A DNA stretch of 64,000 nt from Candidatus Nomurabacteria bacterium (GCA_029288725.1 JARIGS010000023.1:20582-84581); one strand, 5' to 3'. Counted from the first letter of the stretch, positions 18,729 to 28,184 are shown. Numbers and translations: made by a program. Notes: generated by a model not told the origin, from the sequence alone.

Positions 18729-19274
18729 ATGAGCCGAGTAGGAAAACAACAACTGGTTATCCCAGCAAATACCGAAGTAACATACGCAGATGGCATCCTT
18801 CGCGTAAAGGGGCCTTTGGGTACGCTTGAAAAGCCATTCAAGGATGTCGTGACCATCAACATCGCTGACGGTATGGTAACATTTGCCCAGAAGGGTAATG
18901 ATCCATTCGCTCGCGCGATCTGGGGCACCTACGCTTCACACGTGAAGAACATGATTGCAGGCGTGAATACTCCTTACACCAAAAAGCTTATCCTGGAAGG
19001 GGTTGGTTTCAAGAGTGAGGTAAAAGCAAATGGATCTAACAGCGACCTTCACCTCGCACTTGGATTCTCTCACCCAGTCGTGGTAAAAATCCCAGAAGGA
19101 CTTACCGTTACCGCTGAAAAGAACGTGATCACCATGTCCGGCATTAACAAGGAAACCGTAGGACAGTTCGCCGCATCAGTGCGTGCGATGAAGAAGCCAG
19201 AACCATATAAGGGTAAGGGCTTCCACTACGATACCGAGGTCGTACGTCGCAAGGCCGGCAAGAAGAGCGCATAA
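18729..19274 (+). CDS. rplF: 50S ribosomal protein L6
   Basis: MSRVGKQQLVIPANTEVTYADGILRVKGPLGTL... Confidence 0.93.
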   Translation: MSRVGKQQLVIPANTEVTYADGILRVKGPLGTLEKPFKDVVTINIADGMVTFAQKGNDPFARAIWGTYASHVKNMIAGVNTPYTKKLILEGVGFKSEVKANGSNSDLHLALGFSHPVVVKIPEGLTVTAEKNVITMSGINKETVGQFAASVRAMKKPEPYKGKGFHYDTEVVRRKAGKKSA

Positions 19275-19286
19275 TAAGTTATCGAT

Positions 19287-19631
19287 ATGTCTACACAAAC
19301 TCCACAAGAAAAGAAACTCCGCATCAAGCGCAAGATCCGTGCTACTATTTCAGGGACCGATGTTCGTCCACGCCTTTCAGTATTTCGCTCAAACAACTAC
19401 ATGTACGCGCAGCTTATTGATGACGTACAGGGCGTAACACTTGCAGCGGCAACTGATATGAAGGCTAAGGGCACAAAAATGGAAGGCGCGATTGCTGCCG
19501 GCAAGGCCCTTGCTGCAGCCGCAAAGGCAAAGGGTGTTACTCAGGCAGTATTTGACCGTAACGGATTCAAGTACGCTGGTCGCATCAAGGCATTTGCTGA
19601 CGCTGCCCGTGAAGGAGGACTACAATTTTAA
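19287..19631 (+). CDS. rplR: 50S ribosomal protein L18
   Basis: [28 protein letters not shown]...[26 protein letters not shown]. Confidence 0.93.
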   Translation: MSTQTPQEKKLRIKRKIRATISGTDVRPRLSVFRSNNYMYAQLIDDVQGVTLAAATDMKAKGTKMEGAIAAGKALAAAAKAKGVTQAVFDRNGFKYAGRIKAFADAAREGGLQF

Positions 19632-19633
19632 TT

Positions 19634-20227
19634 ATGACTACAACAACCCCAACAACAAATCAAAAATCAACTGAACGTCGCCCACGCCGTGACGGTGGCA
19701 AGCAGTTCGCTGACCGCGTAAAGGACGTTGATCAGAAGATTCTCGACATTCGTCGCGTGACTCGCGTGGTGGCTGGTGGTCGCCGCATGAGCTTCGCTGT
19801 CTCAATGATCATTGGTGACAAGAAAGGCGTTGTCGGTCTTGGTACCGGAAAGGGTAATGACACTGCATTGGCAATTGCTAAGGCATTGAAGGATGCAAAG
19901 AAGAACGCAATCAAGATCAAGCTCACTGACAAGCACTCTATTCCTTATGACGTGTCTGCAAAGTACACTTCATCAAAGGTCATGATCTTCCCAAACCACG
20001 GTAAGGGATTGGTAGCAGGTGCCGCTATCCGCGATATCGCAGTGCTTGGTGGCCTAAAGGACGTGTCTGCAAAGATCGTTTCTGGCAGTAAGAACAAGCT
20101 CAACACTGCTCGCGCAACCATGAAGGCACTTTCAATGGTAAGTACTAAGCATGTATTTGGTGCTGCACCAAAGGCCGAGGGAACTGAAGAAGTAAAAGCA
20201 GAAGCTCCAGTAGCACCAAAAGAGTAA
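19634..20227 (+). CDS. rpsE: 30S ribosomal protein S5
   Basis: ILDIRRVTRVVAGGRRMSFAVSMIIGDKKGVVGLGTGKGNDTALAIAKA... Confidence 0.95.
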   Translation: MTTTTPTTNQKSTERRPRRDGGKQFADRVKDVDQKILDIRRVTRVVAGGRRMSFAVSMIIGDKKGVVGLGTGKGNDTALAIAKALKDAKKNAIKIKLTDKHSIPYDVSAKYTSSKVMIFPNHGKGLVAGAAIRDIAVLGGLKDVSAKIVSGSKNKLNTARATMKALSMVSTKHVFGAAPKAEGTEEVKAEAPVAPKE

Positions 20228-20231
20228 TGAT

Positions 20232-20681
20232 ATGAATCTACTACAACGTACAACAGCAAATAAAAAAGCAAAGACCGTTGGTCGCGGCTCAAAGCGCGGA
20301 AAGACTTCTGGTCGCGGAACGAAAGGGCAGAAGGCTCGTGCTGGTCACAAGATCCGTCCAGAAATTCGTGATCGTATCAAGAAGCTTCCAAAGCTTCGCG
20401 GACGCGGCAAGAACATCAACAAGGCGTTTCGCATCGATGCAACCGTCGTTAACCTTTCAGTGCTTTCAAAGGCATTTCCAGCAAATGCTTCAGTTACTCC
20501 TTCAGCACTGTTTGAAAAGGGTCTCATCCGTCGCACTGGCGGCAAGATTCCTGCAGTCAAGATTTTGGCTGGCGGTGAAATGAAACATGCCGTTACCGTG
20601 TACGGATGTGAAGTATCAGCAGCAGCCAAGGTGAAAATCGAGGCGGCAGGCGGTACCGTGAAAGGGGCTGCTAAGGAATAA
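20232..20681 (+). CDS. rplO: 50S ribosomal protein L15
   Basis: GRGSKRGKTSGRGTKGQKARAGHKIRPEIRDRIKKLPKLRG. Starts 4 nt after the rpsE stop, with no L30 gene between. Confidence 0.93.
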   Translation: MNLLQRTTANKKAKTVGRGSKRGKTSGRGTKGQKARAGHKIRPEIRDRIKKLPKLRGRGKNINKAFRIDATVVNLSVLSKAFPANASVTPSALFEKGLIRRTGGKIPAVKILAGGEMKHAVTVYGCEVSAAAKVKIEAAGGTVKGAAKE

Positions 20682-20689
20682 TTACCCTC

Positions 20690-21961
20690 ATGAATACATT
20701 TTTCAAAAAGCTTAAGATGATGTTTGTCGACCGATCGATTCGCAATCGTCTGCTTTTTGTTATTGCCATGCTGGCAGCATTCCGTTTCCTTGCCACTATT
20801 CCTGTACCGGGCGTTGATACGTCTGCCATTTCTCAGGCATTCAGTAGCAACCAGTTTCTCAGTCTCTTCAACGTAGTCTCTGGTGGCGGTCTTTCAACAT
20901 TCTCTATTGTGATGCTTGGTGTTAGTCCATACATTACTGCTTCTATCATCATGCAGCTTATCGGTATGATGGTGCCTTCAATGAAGGAACTGATGCAGGA
21001 AAGTGGCGAGATTGGCCGCAAGAAATTCAACCAGTACACTCGCTTGCTCACTGTGCCAATCGCATTCCTTCAGGGCTTTGCCTTTATCAAATACCTTCAG
21101 TCTCAGGGCGCAATCGGCGCATTGTCATTGCACACCCTTCTTTTCAATATTGTCATCATCACTGGCGGCTCAATGCTCTTGCTCTGGATCGGTGAATTAA
21201 TCAGTGAATTCGGTGTCGGAAACGGTACCTCAATGATCATCTTGGCTGGTATTCTTGCCCAGATTCCTCCAAAGATCTCACAGTTCTTCTTTACCTTCAC
21301 GATTGATCAGCTTCCAGTAGTACTGCTCTTCCTTGCTGTTGGTCTTCTTGTGATCGCTGGTGTGGTGTACATTTACGAAGCAGAACGTCCAATCAAGATC
21401 ACGTATGCTCGTCAGGTTCGCGGTATTCGCTCATTTGGTGGTGATGACACCTACTTGCCGCTTCGCCTTACTCAGGCTGGAGTGATTCCAATCATCTTCG
21501 CGTCATCATTCCTTCTTTTCCCGCAGTTCTTCATCAGTCTTTTCCAGAACTCATCACACGTGTGGCTGCAAAACGTTTCAGCGTTCTTCGGTACCTTCCT
21601 TGCAAGTACCTGGTGGTACTCAGCGGTATACTTCTTCCTCGTGGTCTTCTTCACCTATTTCTATACTGCGGTGACTTTCGATCCTCAGCAGATCGCCGAA
21701 AACCTTCAGAAGAATGGTGCCTTTATCCCTGGTACTCGTCCTGGTGAGGCAACCAACTCTTTCATTGGTGCGGTAGTAACTCGCATCACTCTCGTTGGTT
21801 CACTCTTCCTCGGTATCATTGCGGTTCTTCCATTGGTAGTGAAAAGCACAACCGGTATCACGGCCTTCGCTATCGGCGGTACCTCACTCTTGATTACCGT
21901 ATCGGTTATCATTGACCTTATCCGCCGCGTTGACGCCCAAGTCGAAATGCAGGAATACTAA
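20690..21961 (+). CDS. secY: Preprotein translocase subunit SecY
   Basis: 10 TM segments. ILAGILAQIP and GGTSLLITVSVIIDL signatures. Confidence 0.95.
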   Translation: MNTFFKKLKMMFVDRSIRNRLLFVIAMLAAFRFLATIPVPGVDTSAISQAFSSNQFLSLFNVVSGGGLSTFSIVMLGVSPYITASIIMQLIGMMVPSMKELMQESGEIGRKKFNQYTRLLTVPIAFLQGFAFIKYLQSQGAIGALSLHTLLFNIVIITGGSMLLLWIGELISEFGVGNGTSMIILAGILAQIPPKISQFFFTFTIDQLPVVLLFLAVGLLVIAGVVYIYEAERPIKITYARQVRGIRSFGGDDTYLPLRLTQAGVIPIIFASSFLLFPQFFISLFQNSSHVWLQNVSAFFGTFLASTWWYSAVYFFLVVFFTYFYTAVTFDPQQIAENLQKNGAFIPGTRPGEATNSFIGAVVTRITLVGSLFLGIIAVLPLVVKSTTGITAFAIGGTSLLITVSVIIDLIRRVDAQVEMQEY

Positions 21962-21991
21962 ACAAAAAAGTCCCTTAGAGGGGATTTTTTG
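21962..21991 (+). terminator. Weak terminator hairpin after secY
   Basis: AAAAAAGTCCCTTAGAGGGGATTTTTTG. Confidence 0.45.
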
Positions 21992-22004
21992 TTATACTAG
22001 TCCC

Positions 22005-22592
22005 ATGCATCCTGTCTATCTCTTCATTGGTCAGTCCGGCGCCGGTAAAGGCACTCAAGTGGCCCTGCTCAAAGAGTCTATCCTTGCCAAGGATCCTACT
22101 ACTCGTTTTCTTGATATTGAAACCGGTAGCAAGTTCCGTGACTTCATTACGGGTTCAACCTACACGGCCGGTCTAGTCCGAGAGCTGATCGCACAGGGAA
22201 AGCTTCCCCCAGCATTTCTTGGTGTCCATATGTGGTCGCATGAGTTGATGGAAGACTATGATGGTACCACCACGGTATTTCTTGATGGCACGCCACGGGT
22301 GGCCGATGAGGTGCCATTATTGCTGTCCGCGGCCCAATTGTATAACTGGACCATCGATGTTATATATGTGGAGATCGGGGATGCCTGGGCCCATGATCGG
22401 ATTACGGGCCGGGGCAGGGAAGATGACAGCCATGAGGAGGCCGTAGGGGGCCGTATACGCTGGTTCCACACCAGTGTGGAACCAGCTATTGAACTGCTCA
22501 AACAGAGCCCTCTGGTGCGTTTTCACGCGATTAATGGGGAACAGACCATAGAGCAGGTTCATCAGGATATTGTGAGAAGCTTGGCGGCATAG
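22005..22592 (+). CDS. adk: Adenylate kinase-like nucleoside monophosphate kinase (short form, no obvious LID zinc motif)
   Basis: MHPVYLFIGQSGAGKGTQVALL P-loop. In the canonical position after secY. ORF opens at 21912; probable start at 22005. Confidence 0.7.
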   Translation: MHPVYLFIGQSGAGKGTQVALLKESILAKDPTTRFLDIETGSKFRDFITGSTYTAGLVRELIAQGKLPPAFLGVHMWSHELMEDYDGTTTVFLDGTPRVADEVPLLLSAAQLYNWTIDVIYVEIGDAWAHDRITGRGREDDSHEEAVGGRIRWFHTSVEPAIELLKQSPLVRFHAINGEQTIEQVHQDIVRSLAA

Positions 22593-22783
22593 CTTCAACA
22601 GAGGTGGTATATTGCTCCCAGCTGTCCGGGGTTGTATCCACTCTGCGTGAATAAAAAGTTATAACGTTTCCAGTGCTACGTAATGCGAGGCCGGAGATGA
22701 GCTAATCTTTTCCCGCCTGCTTGCCAGGGAAAAATTAGGTCATCGAAGCAATACACCACTTCATAGGTGACTAATATAAATAC

Positions 22784-23554
22784 ATGATAATCATAAAAAC
22801 AGAAAATGAAATAGAACGTCTACGAAAAGGAGGGAAAATACTCGCTGGTATTTTGAAACAGCTATCTGAGGCGGTTAAGCCAGGAATTACGACTGAATCA
22901 TTAGACGCTCTCACTAATGAGCTAGTTGCAAAAGCGGGTTGTACTCCTGCATTGTTGAATTACAAACCCGAGGGAGCGGATCACCCATTTCCTAAAAGTA
23001 TTTGTATCTCAGTAAATAGTGAGGTGGTACATGGTATACCCGGAAATAAGATTCTTAACGATGGTGATACCGTAGCATTGGATCTTGTAATTAATTACGA
23101 TGGTGTTTTTCTTGATAGTACTGTTACCGTTCCGGTAGGGGAGATTGCTCCAAAAAATAAACAATTGCTCTCTCTTACCAAATCCGCTCTTGATGAGGCT
23201 ATTGCTGCCATCAAGCCAGGTGCTACGGTGGGTGACATTGGTCATGCAGTAGAACAATTTGTGAAGCCCTACCGCCTCGGTATTGTCCGAGGATTGTCCG
23301 GGCATGGTGTCGGCCGTGCTATTCATGAGGATCCGTATATTCCAAACTATGGCAAGAAAGGGAAGGGGGAGAAATTGGTACCTGGCATGGTTATCGCTAT
23401 TGAACCAATGCTCACTCGGGGGGCTGAGGATGTTATCCAAATGAGAGACGGATATACTCTTAAAACTATCGACAACTCCCGCTCTGCTCACTTTGAGCAC
23501 ACTGTACTGATCAAGGAGGACGGCTATCCGGAAGTACTGACTATAGAAAAATAA
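22784..23554 (+). CDS. map: Methionine aminopeptidase type I
   Basis: IIKTENEIERLRKGGKILAG..., VHGIP, and metal ligands in D...D...H...E...E arrangement (GHGVGRAIHEDP). Confidence 0.93.
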   Translation: MIIIKTENEIERLRKGGKILAGILKQLSEAVKPGITTESLDALTNELVAKAGCTPALLNYKPEGADHPFPKSICISVNSEVVHGIPGNKILNDGDTVALDLVINYDGVFLDSTVTVPVGEIAPKNKQLLSLTKSALDEAIAAIKPGATVGDIGHAVEQFVKPYRLGIVRGLSGHGVGRAIHEDPYIPNYGKKGKGEKLVPGMVIAIEPMLTRGAEDVIQMRDGYTLKTIDNSRSAHFEHTVLIKEDGYPEVLTIEK

Positions 23555-23559
23555 ATAGT

Positions 23560-23982
23560 ATGAAATGGTATTTTGCGTCAAGGATGCGTCACAAAGAAAA
23601 GCTTGTAGAAGTTAGTGATTTTTTAAAGAGCAAGAACGAAACCATTCTTTCACAATGGATTTACGAAGATTCTCTAAAGCCCTATGATCAAAATATTGAT
23701 AAAGTGAACGTCTTATCAAAGAAGGTGGTGAGCAATCTTTTAGATTCAGATATTTTTGTATTAATTAGCGATCCGGAAGGAACGGATATGTTTATTGAGC
23801 TAGGTGTTTGTTTGGCAAAAAAGGAACTTTCAAAAAACATAAAAATTTATATTGTAGGAGGATACGCAAAACGGTCACTGATGCAGCTTCATCCTGACAT
23901 ACTGCATGTGAAGGATATAAAGGAACTGTTTACCTTAGAAAATATAGATACTCAAGAAGTTACGATGCCAAAATTGTCATAA
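23560..23982 (+). CDS. Nucleoside 2-deoxyribosyltransferase-like Rossmann-fold protein
   Basis: DIFVLISDPEGTDMFIELGVCLAK...IYIVGG resembles the D-x-G-T-x-F-E-x-G-x-A core of the Nuc_deoxyrib_tr-like family. AT-rich islet. Confidence 0.45.
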   Translation: MKWYFASRMRHKEKLVEVSDFLKSKNETILSQWIYEDSLKPYDQNIDKVNVLSKKVVSNLLDSDIFVLISDPEGTDMFIELGVCLAKKELSKNIKIYIVGGYAKRSLMQLHPDILHVKDIKELFTLENIDTQEVTMPKLS

Positions 23983-24031
23983 AACCTTTAGGAATTCTTA
24001 TCTAAAACTTTATTTCAAAAATGCATAATTA

Positions 24032-24429
24032 ATGGTTATGCAGAAAGATTTTAATACATGGAATAAGAAGAAAAAGGTATTAGATGATAATAAAATTAAA
24101 TACAGTTTCTTTTACCATGAAAGGGAAATATGGTGGACATCAATAGGTTTAAATATTGGAGTTGAAACGGACGGTAAAAATGACTCTTTCGAAAGGCCTG
24201 TCTTAATAATTAAAAAATTCAATAAAGATATGTTTTGGGGTATTCCGCTAACCTCTCATAAAAAAGAAGGAATATTTTTTTTGAAATTATTCACCCGGAT
24301 GGAACATCTTGGGCGATATTAAGTCAAATGAGAGTTTTTAGTACGAAAAGGTTGTTGAGAAAAATGACCACTATGTCTCGGATAGAATTTCATTACTTAA
24401 AAACAAAAATAATGGAGTATTTAATCTAA
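24032..24429 (+). pseudogene. Second MazF/PemK-like gene, frameshifted at a T8 homopolymer (24275..24282)
   Basis: Frame A gives ...REIWWTSIGLNIGVETDGKNDSFERPVLIIKK...EGIFFLKLF then a stop. A shifted frame continues HPDGTSWAILSQMRVFSTKRLLRKM...EYLI, which aligns with the C-terminus of the 8191..8580 paralog (GSWYTELDFKEAKISANLAQIRIMSSARLYDKM...). Confidence 0.5.
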
Positions 24430-24434
24430 CAAGT

Positions 24435-24466
24435 AAAACGAATCCCCCTCGTAAAAGGGGGATTCT
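24435..24466 (-). terminator. Terminator for rplT (hairpin GAATCCCCCT-CGTAAA-AGGGGGATTC read on minus strand, then T-rich run)
   Basis: Hairpin immediately 3' of rplT on the minus strand. Confidence 0.55.
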
Positions 24467-24503
24467 CGGAGGCCTAGGCCACTAATACTAACAGTGTATC
24501 AGA

Positions 24504-24848
24504 TTATGATACCTTGTCTACGATTCGCTTGAAGGTTTCAGGATTGGTGTGAGCAAGGTCTGCAAGGATCTTACGGTCTACCTCGATGCTGTTCTTCTTA
24601 AGCGCATCCATGAACTTTGAGTAGGTCGTGCCAAGGGTGCGGACTGCAGCATTGATCTGAATCTGCCAGATGCGACGCTTGTCGCTTTTCTTGTCACGGC
24701 GGTGCGCAAAGGCGTAACTACCAGCATGAGCGATGGCATCCTTTGCCATTCGTTCCTTGGTACTGCGACCAAAACGGTAGCCCTTTACCTGGGCTAGGAC
24801 GTTCTTGCGGCGCTTATTTGCTATGGTTCCTCGTTTTACGCGTGTCAT
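24504..24848 (-). CDS. rplT: 50S ribosomal protein L20
   Basis: MTRVKRGTIANKRRKNVLAQVKGYRFGRS... Confidence 0.95.
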   Translation of the reverse strand: MTRVKRGTIANKRRKNVLAQVKGYRFGRSTKERMAKDAIAHAGSYAFAHRRDKKSDKRRIWQIQINAAVRTLGTTYSKFMDALKKNSIEVDRKILADLAHTNPETFKRIVDKVS

Positions 24849-24876
24849 GGGAGTAGATTAATTAACTATATAAAGA

Positions 24877-25068
24877 TTATCGGTGAGGGATAAACTGGGC
24901 AATGTTCTTTGCCGTCATGGTAAATTCCTGACCCTTTTTGCCTGCCAATTGCTTGGTTCGAGACTGCTTGGCATTAAAGTGGTTAAACCCTGGGGTTCGA
25001 CCAATAATTTTGCCAGTTTTCGTCAATTTAAGGCGTTTTGTATATGATTTGTTGGTTTTTGTAGCCAT
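24877..25068 (-). CDS. rpmI: 50S ribosomal protein L35
   Basis: MATKTNKSYTKRLKLTKTGKIIGRTPGFNHFNAKQSRTKQ. Confidence 0.9.
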   Translation of the reverse strand: MATKTNKSYTKRLKLTKTGKIIGRTPGFNHFNAKQSRTKQLAGKKGQEFTMTAKNIAQFIPHR

Positions 25069-25076
25069 AAAGGGGT

Positions 25077-25595
25077 TTATTTCGCACTTTTGTCTCGCTC
25101 GATCACAATGGCTAGGCCTTTGGGAGAGCGTTTATGTGGCTCTGCAATCTTATAGTGTTCTGTCACAAAATGCAAGACCCGGTCAAGTCTTTCCCGGAGA
25201 AAGGCTTCATCCATGCCCTTTGAGCGCCCGCGGAGGAAAAGCTCGACTTTTATGCGGTGTCCTTCCTTCAGCCACTTTGAGGCGGTCTTGGCCTTTAGTT
25301 CCAAATCGTGGTCACCAGTACCCACCTTGATCTGAATAGACTTGGTTTCACTAGCCTTGGCGCCGCTTTTGGCTTTTTGGAGCTTTTTCTTCTGTTCATA
25401 CAGGTATTTGCCGTATTCAATGATCTTGGCAATAGCTGGTTTAGCCTGGGCATTGATTTCGACAAGGTCGGCACCCTGGGCAGCTGCCATCGCAAGCGCT
25501 TCTTCTAAGGGAAGGATACCGAGACTTTCGCCTTCTGCGTCAAGGACGCGAAGTTCGGTAGCGCGTATTTGTTTGTTGATTCGTTCCTTCAAAAT
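25077..25595 (-). CDS. infC: Translation initiation factor IF-3 (probable non-AUG start, ATT or TTG near 25592..25595)
   Basis: INKQIRATELRVLDAEGESLGILPLEEALAMAAAQGADLVEINAQAKPAIAKIIEYGKYLYEQKKK aligns with IF3. The ORF reaches 25655 but the conserved start region is TIIILKERINK. Confidence 0.85.
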   Translation of the reverse strand: MLKERINKQIRATELRVLDAEGESLGILPLEEALAMAAAQGADLVEINAQAKPAIAKIIEYGKYLYEQKKKLQKAKSGAKASETKSIQIKVGTGDHDLELKAKTASKWLKEGHRIKVELFLRGRSKGMDEAFLRERLDRVLHFVTEHYKIAEPHKRSPKGLAIVIERDKSAK

Positions 25596-25612
25596 GATTA
25601 TAGTGACAGTTA

Positions 25613-26413
25613 ATGAGTCTTTATAATACCGAAAAAAAGCATAATAGTCAATCAAATAAGGCTCAAATGTCTGCCGAGGGAGTGATATTGTTCTGGAAAC
25701 AACCAGGCGAGACGTTGGCGGTATTGTTGCGCCGTTTTCGGGAAGAGCGGGGACTTTCTGCCGATGAGAAAGTAACCTATGCCGGACGACTGGATCCGAT
25801 GGCCGAGGGCATCGTGCCGATACTAGTAGGGGAAGCCCGCTTTCAAAAGGATCACCTTATCGGTAAAGCAAAGACCTATGAGGTAGATATATTGTTGGGG
25901 ATTGGTACTGATACGGGGGACATGCTTGGGGTTGCTTCGCCGCGCCATAGCTTTAGCGGAGGAGGGGCTACGGAAAAAAGTGATATTCAAAAGGCCATCA
26001 TCGAACTCTCCCACACCACCGAACTTCCATACCCTCGCTACTCCTCCCGCCCTGTCGACGGCACGCCATTATTTATGCATGCCCGAGCGGGTCGGGCTGT
26101 GACAGTGCCGATTAAGAAGGTCACTATATATAGTATGGAGCTGCTTGGCATTGATGCATTGCCATTATCTACGTTACTCGGTACCGCACAGGATATCATC
26201 AAAAAAGTACAGGGGGATTTTCGACAGGAAGCTATCCTTGAGCAATGGGAAAAGTTAAAAAAAGAAGAGGGAGATACAGCCGCAACAATTGTTCGTATCC
26301 GCACCACCGTTTCATCCGGTACCTATATGCGCTCATTGGCTGAGAGAATGGGGGAGCTCCTCGGCGTGCCAGCATTGGCATATACCATCAAAAGAACTGC
26401 TGTTGAGGAATAA
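25613..26413 (+). CDS. truB: tRNA pseudouridine(55) synthase TruB-like
   Basis: YAGRLDPMAEGIVPILVGEARF (catalytic Asp motif). GC-rich repeat copy embedded at 25934..25973. Start may be the internal Met at 25667. Confidence 0.75.
   Translation: MSLYNTEKKHNSQSNKAQMSAEGVILFWKQPGETLAVLLRRFREERGLSADEKVTYAGRLDPMAEGIVPILVGEARFQKDHLIGKAKTYEVDILLGIGTDTGDMLGVASPRHSFSGGGATEKSDIQKAIIELSHTTELPYPRYSSRPVDGTPLFMHARAGRAVTVPIKKVTIYSMELLGIDALPLSTLLGTAQDIIKKVQGDFRQEAILEQWEKLKKEEGDTAATIVRIRTTVSSGTYMRSLAERMGELLGVPALAYTIKRTAVEE
25934..25973. repeat. GC-rich hairpin-repeat family copy, in-frame inside truB (encodes ...ASPRHSFSGGGATE...)
   Basis: TTCGCCGCGCCATAGCTTTAGCGGAGGAGGGGCTACGG. Shares the words CGCC(A/G)TAGC, TTTAGCG(A/G)AGGAGGG and GCTACGG with the other copies. 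Local GC spike. Confidence 0.55.
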
Positions 26414-26414
26414 T

Positions 26415-26446
26415 AAAAGCCGATGCAATATGCATCGGTCTTTTCT
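26415..26446 (+). terminator. Rho-independent terminator after truB
   Basis: CCGATGCA-ATA-TGCATCGG + TCTTTTCTTTCT. Confidence 0.7.
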
Positions 26447-26457
26447 TTCTCCATAAA

Positions 26458-26652
26458 TCAAGCGGTCTGCCTTTTGCCGGCGTCATTTTCTTTTGAGCTC
26501 ATGGCAACAACGTTGCTGTCGGTCGGTTCTTTTTGAAAATGGACGCCGCGCTCTTCGGCGCTTCTGCCCGGTACGTAACGATTGTTAATTTCTTGGAATA
26601 CTTGTCCCGGGTTCACCCTTGAAACCTTGTTGGGGTCTGTTACTTGTTTCAT
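26458..26652 (-). CDS. Hypothetical small hydrophilic protein
   Basis: ORF MKQVTDPNKVSRVNPGQVFQEINNRYVPGRSAEERGVHF... (the ORF is open up to 26694). No motif recognised. Confidence 0.3.
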   Translation of the reverse strand: MKQVTDPNKVSRVNPGQVFQEINNRYVPGRSAEERGVHFQKEPTDSNVVAMSSKENDAGKRQTA

Positions 26653-26741
26653 GTTAATCAATAATTTATTTTGTCTTATTATTGCACTAAACAAACAAAA
26701 GTCAATGTTTTGGATTAGAGCTTCAGGCGTATACTGGCCTT

Positions 26742-27269
26742 ATGGAAAAAGGCTTTTCCCTTGAACGATATAGCCCCACGCTTGAGCAACGGTTGGAAGA
26801 AATTCAGAGTCGAGCGATACCAGCTGATGAGGCAAAAAGGCTGCAAGAACAGATTGCTGTTTTGGTATTTGAACATGGCGGGAGCACTGCCGAATCCGAC
26901 CGTTTGCAGGCCCAGCTCGATGCCAGCACTCTGACAGTACAAACGCTTGGTGAATTTACGACCTTGTTGGAAAAGGTGGCATTTAGCCCGGAGCACATTG
27001 CTGCGGTACTGGAGAATAGGAAGGATATTCCCCCGCAGGCTGAACAGGCCGGCATTCACAATGAGGGATACTCACTTTTAGTAATGAAGGAGGGGAATGA
27101 GTTTCGCTACGTTGCCTCACAAAATATTTCCCGTCTTGAAATTCGCCAGCCACAGGAAGCCTTGCATGAAGCAATTCCGCAACTTCCTGATACTCGTTCA
27201 GCCGAGGATGAAGCAAAGATACAAAGACTGCGAGAGGAAGCGGAGGAGTCATACAGGGACGCGGCATAG
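26742..27269 (+). CDS. Hypothetical acidic coiled-coil-type protein
   Basis: 175-aa ORF ending in a terminator-less junction. No motif recognised. Confidence 0.45.
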   Translation: MEKGFSLERYSPTLEQRLEEIQSRAIPADEAKRLQEQIAVLVFEHGGSTAESDRLQAQLDASTLTVQTLGEFTTLLEKVAFSPEHIAAVLENRKDIPPQAEQAGIHNEGYSLLVMKEGNEFRYVASQNISRLEIRQPQEALHEAIPQLPDTRSAEDEAKIQRLREEAEESYRDAA

Positions 27270-27320
27270 GGAAATTGACATTCATAACAGCTGGAGTACA
27301 GTAGAGAAAAATGTACTCGT

Positions 27321-27869
27321 ATGGACTCAATACTATTATTTTTTGAAATTTTTTCCTTGCTCACTCTGTTGATCGTAGCGTTGAAAATATCAGCACATTA
27401 TTCCGATCCTTATCGAAAGAGCAATGTTCCGCCGTGGCATGTACGGTATTTCAGCAAAGGCTATAAGTCAGGAAAATGCCTCTTTGACGAGGTGGATGAA
27501 GCCGCTGACGTGTATAGCTACCTTACACTGTTTGCTCGGTTGAGTTTTGATCAAAGGTTTATCACCGGAAATGAAAAAGACGAATGTCTTATGTATGACG
27601 AAAACCTAGAAGCTCATTTTGCCCGAAGCAGAAAGCCCACGGAACTATTCATTGCCTCGCAAAAGGGAGGCTATCAGGTATCGGTTCGTTTTATTATGAA
27701 CGGAGGTAGCGTACAGTTGCGGCACATTGAACTTTCGTATGAAGAAGGTCATCCAGGCACACCCCGCTACTTCTTCTGTTCGATTGAAAAGAAATTCTTT
27801 CCGCCTGACCAGGATGATGACAATGCGTCATGCACTCCTTCTGACCCCGTCCTTTTTCAAATGGTGTAA
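27321..27869 (+). CDS. Hypothetical membrane-anchored protein
   Basis: N-terminal TM helix then a 150-aa domain. Followed by a terminator. Confidence 0.45.
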   Translation: MDSILLFFEIFSLLTLLIVALKISAHYSDPYRKSNVPPWHVRYFSKGYKSGKCLFDEVDEAADVYSYLTLFARLSFDQRFITGNEKDECLMYDENLEAHFARSRKPTELFIASQKGGYQVSVRFIMNGGSVQLRHIELSYEEGHPGTPRYFFCSIEKKFFPPDQDDDNASCTPSDPVLFQMV

Positions 27870-27872
27870 AGT

Positions 27873-27900
27873 AAAACCCGGCTTATGGCCGGGTTTTTGA
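27873..27900 (+). terminator. Rho-independent terminator
   Basis: AAAACCCGGC-TTAT-GGCCGGGTTTTTGA. Confidence 0.75.
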
Positions 27901-28184
27901 ATAAAAAAAGCCCGTGGATATGGAGTCCCGGGCCTTTCGAACTATTAATCACCGAAAGATCATTTAACTAATTAAGACTTTAGCATGAGAGGGCTTTTAG
28001 TCAAGTATGATAGAATCACGGTATGAATATCTCGTTTAAATACGATATCGAAAAAGACGTTGAAAATTTTCTGAAATCGTTTAGCTCTAGTAATAGTAAA
28101 AAACTCGAATATGGAAGTACCACAAAAGGGTATTGAATAATAAAAAGCCTATTAACATAGGCTTTTAGATTAAGTAAAAAACGG

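Noticed and set aside
22593-22783. 190-nt adk-map spacer containing CGGCATAGCTTCAACAGAGG and GCTACGTAATGCGAGGCCGGAG
   Set aside because: It resembles the GC-rich repeat words only in degenerate form. It may be a decayed copy or a map leader structure, but is too divergent to call.
24471-24480. GGCCTAGGCC perfect palindrome
   Set aside because: A 10-bp palindrome of restriction-site type. It is an isolated single occurrence next to the rplT terminator with no functional evidence.
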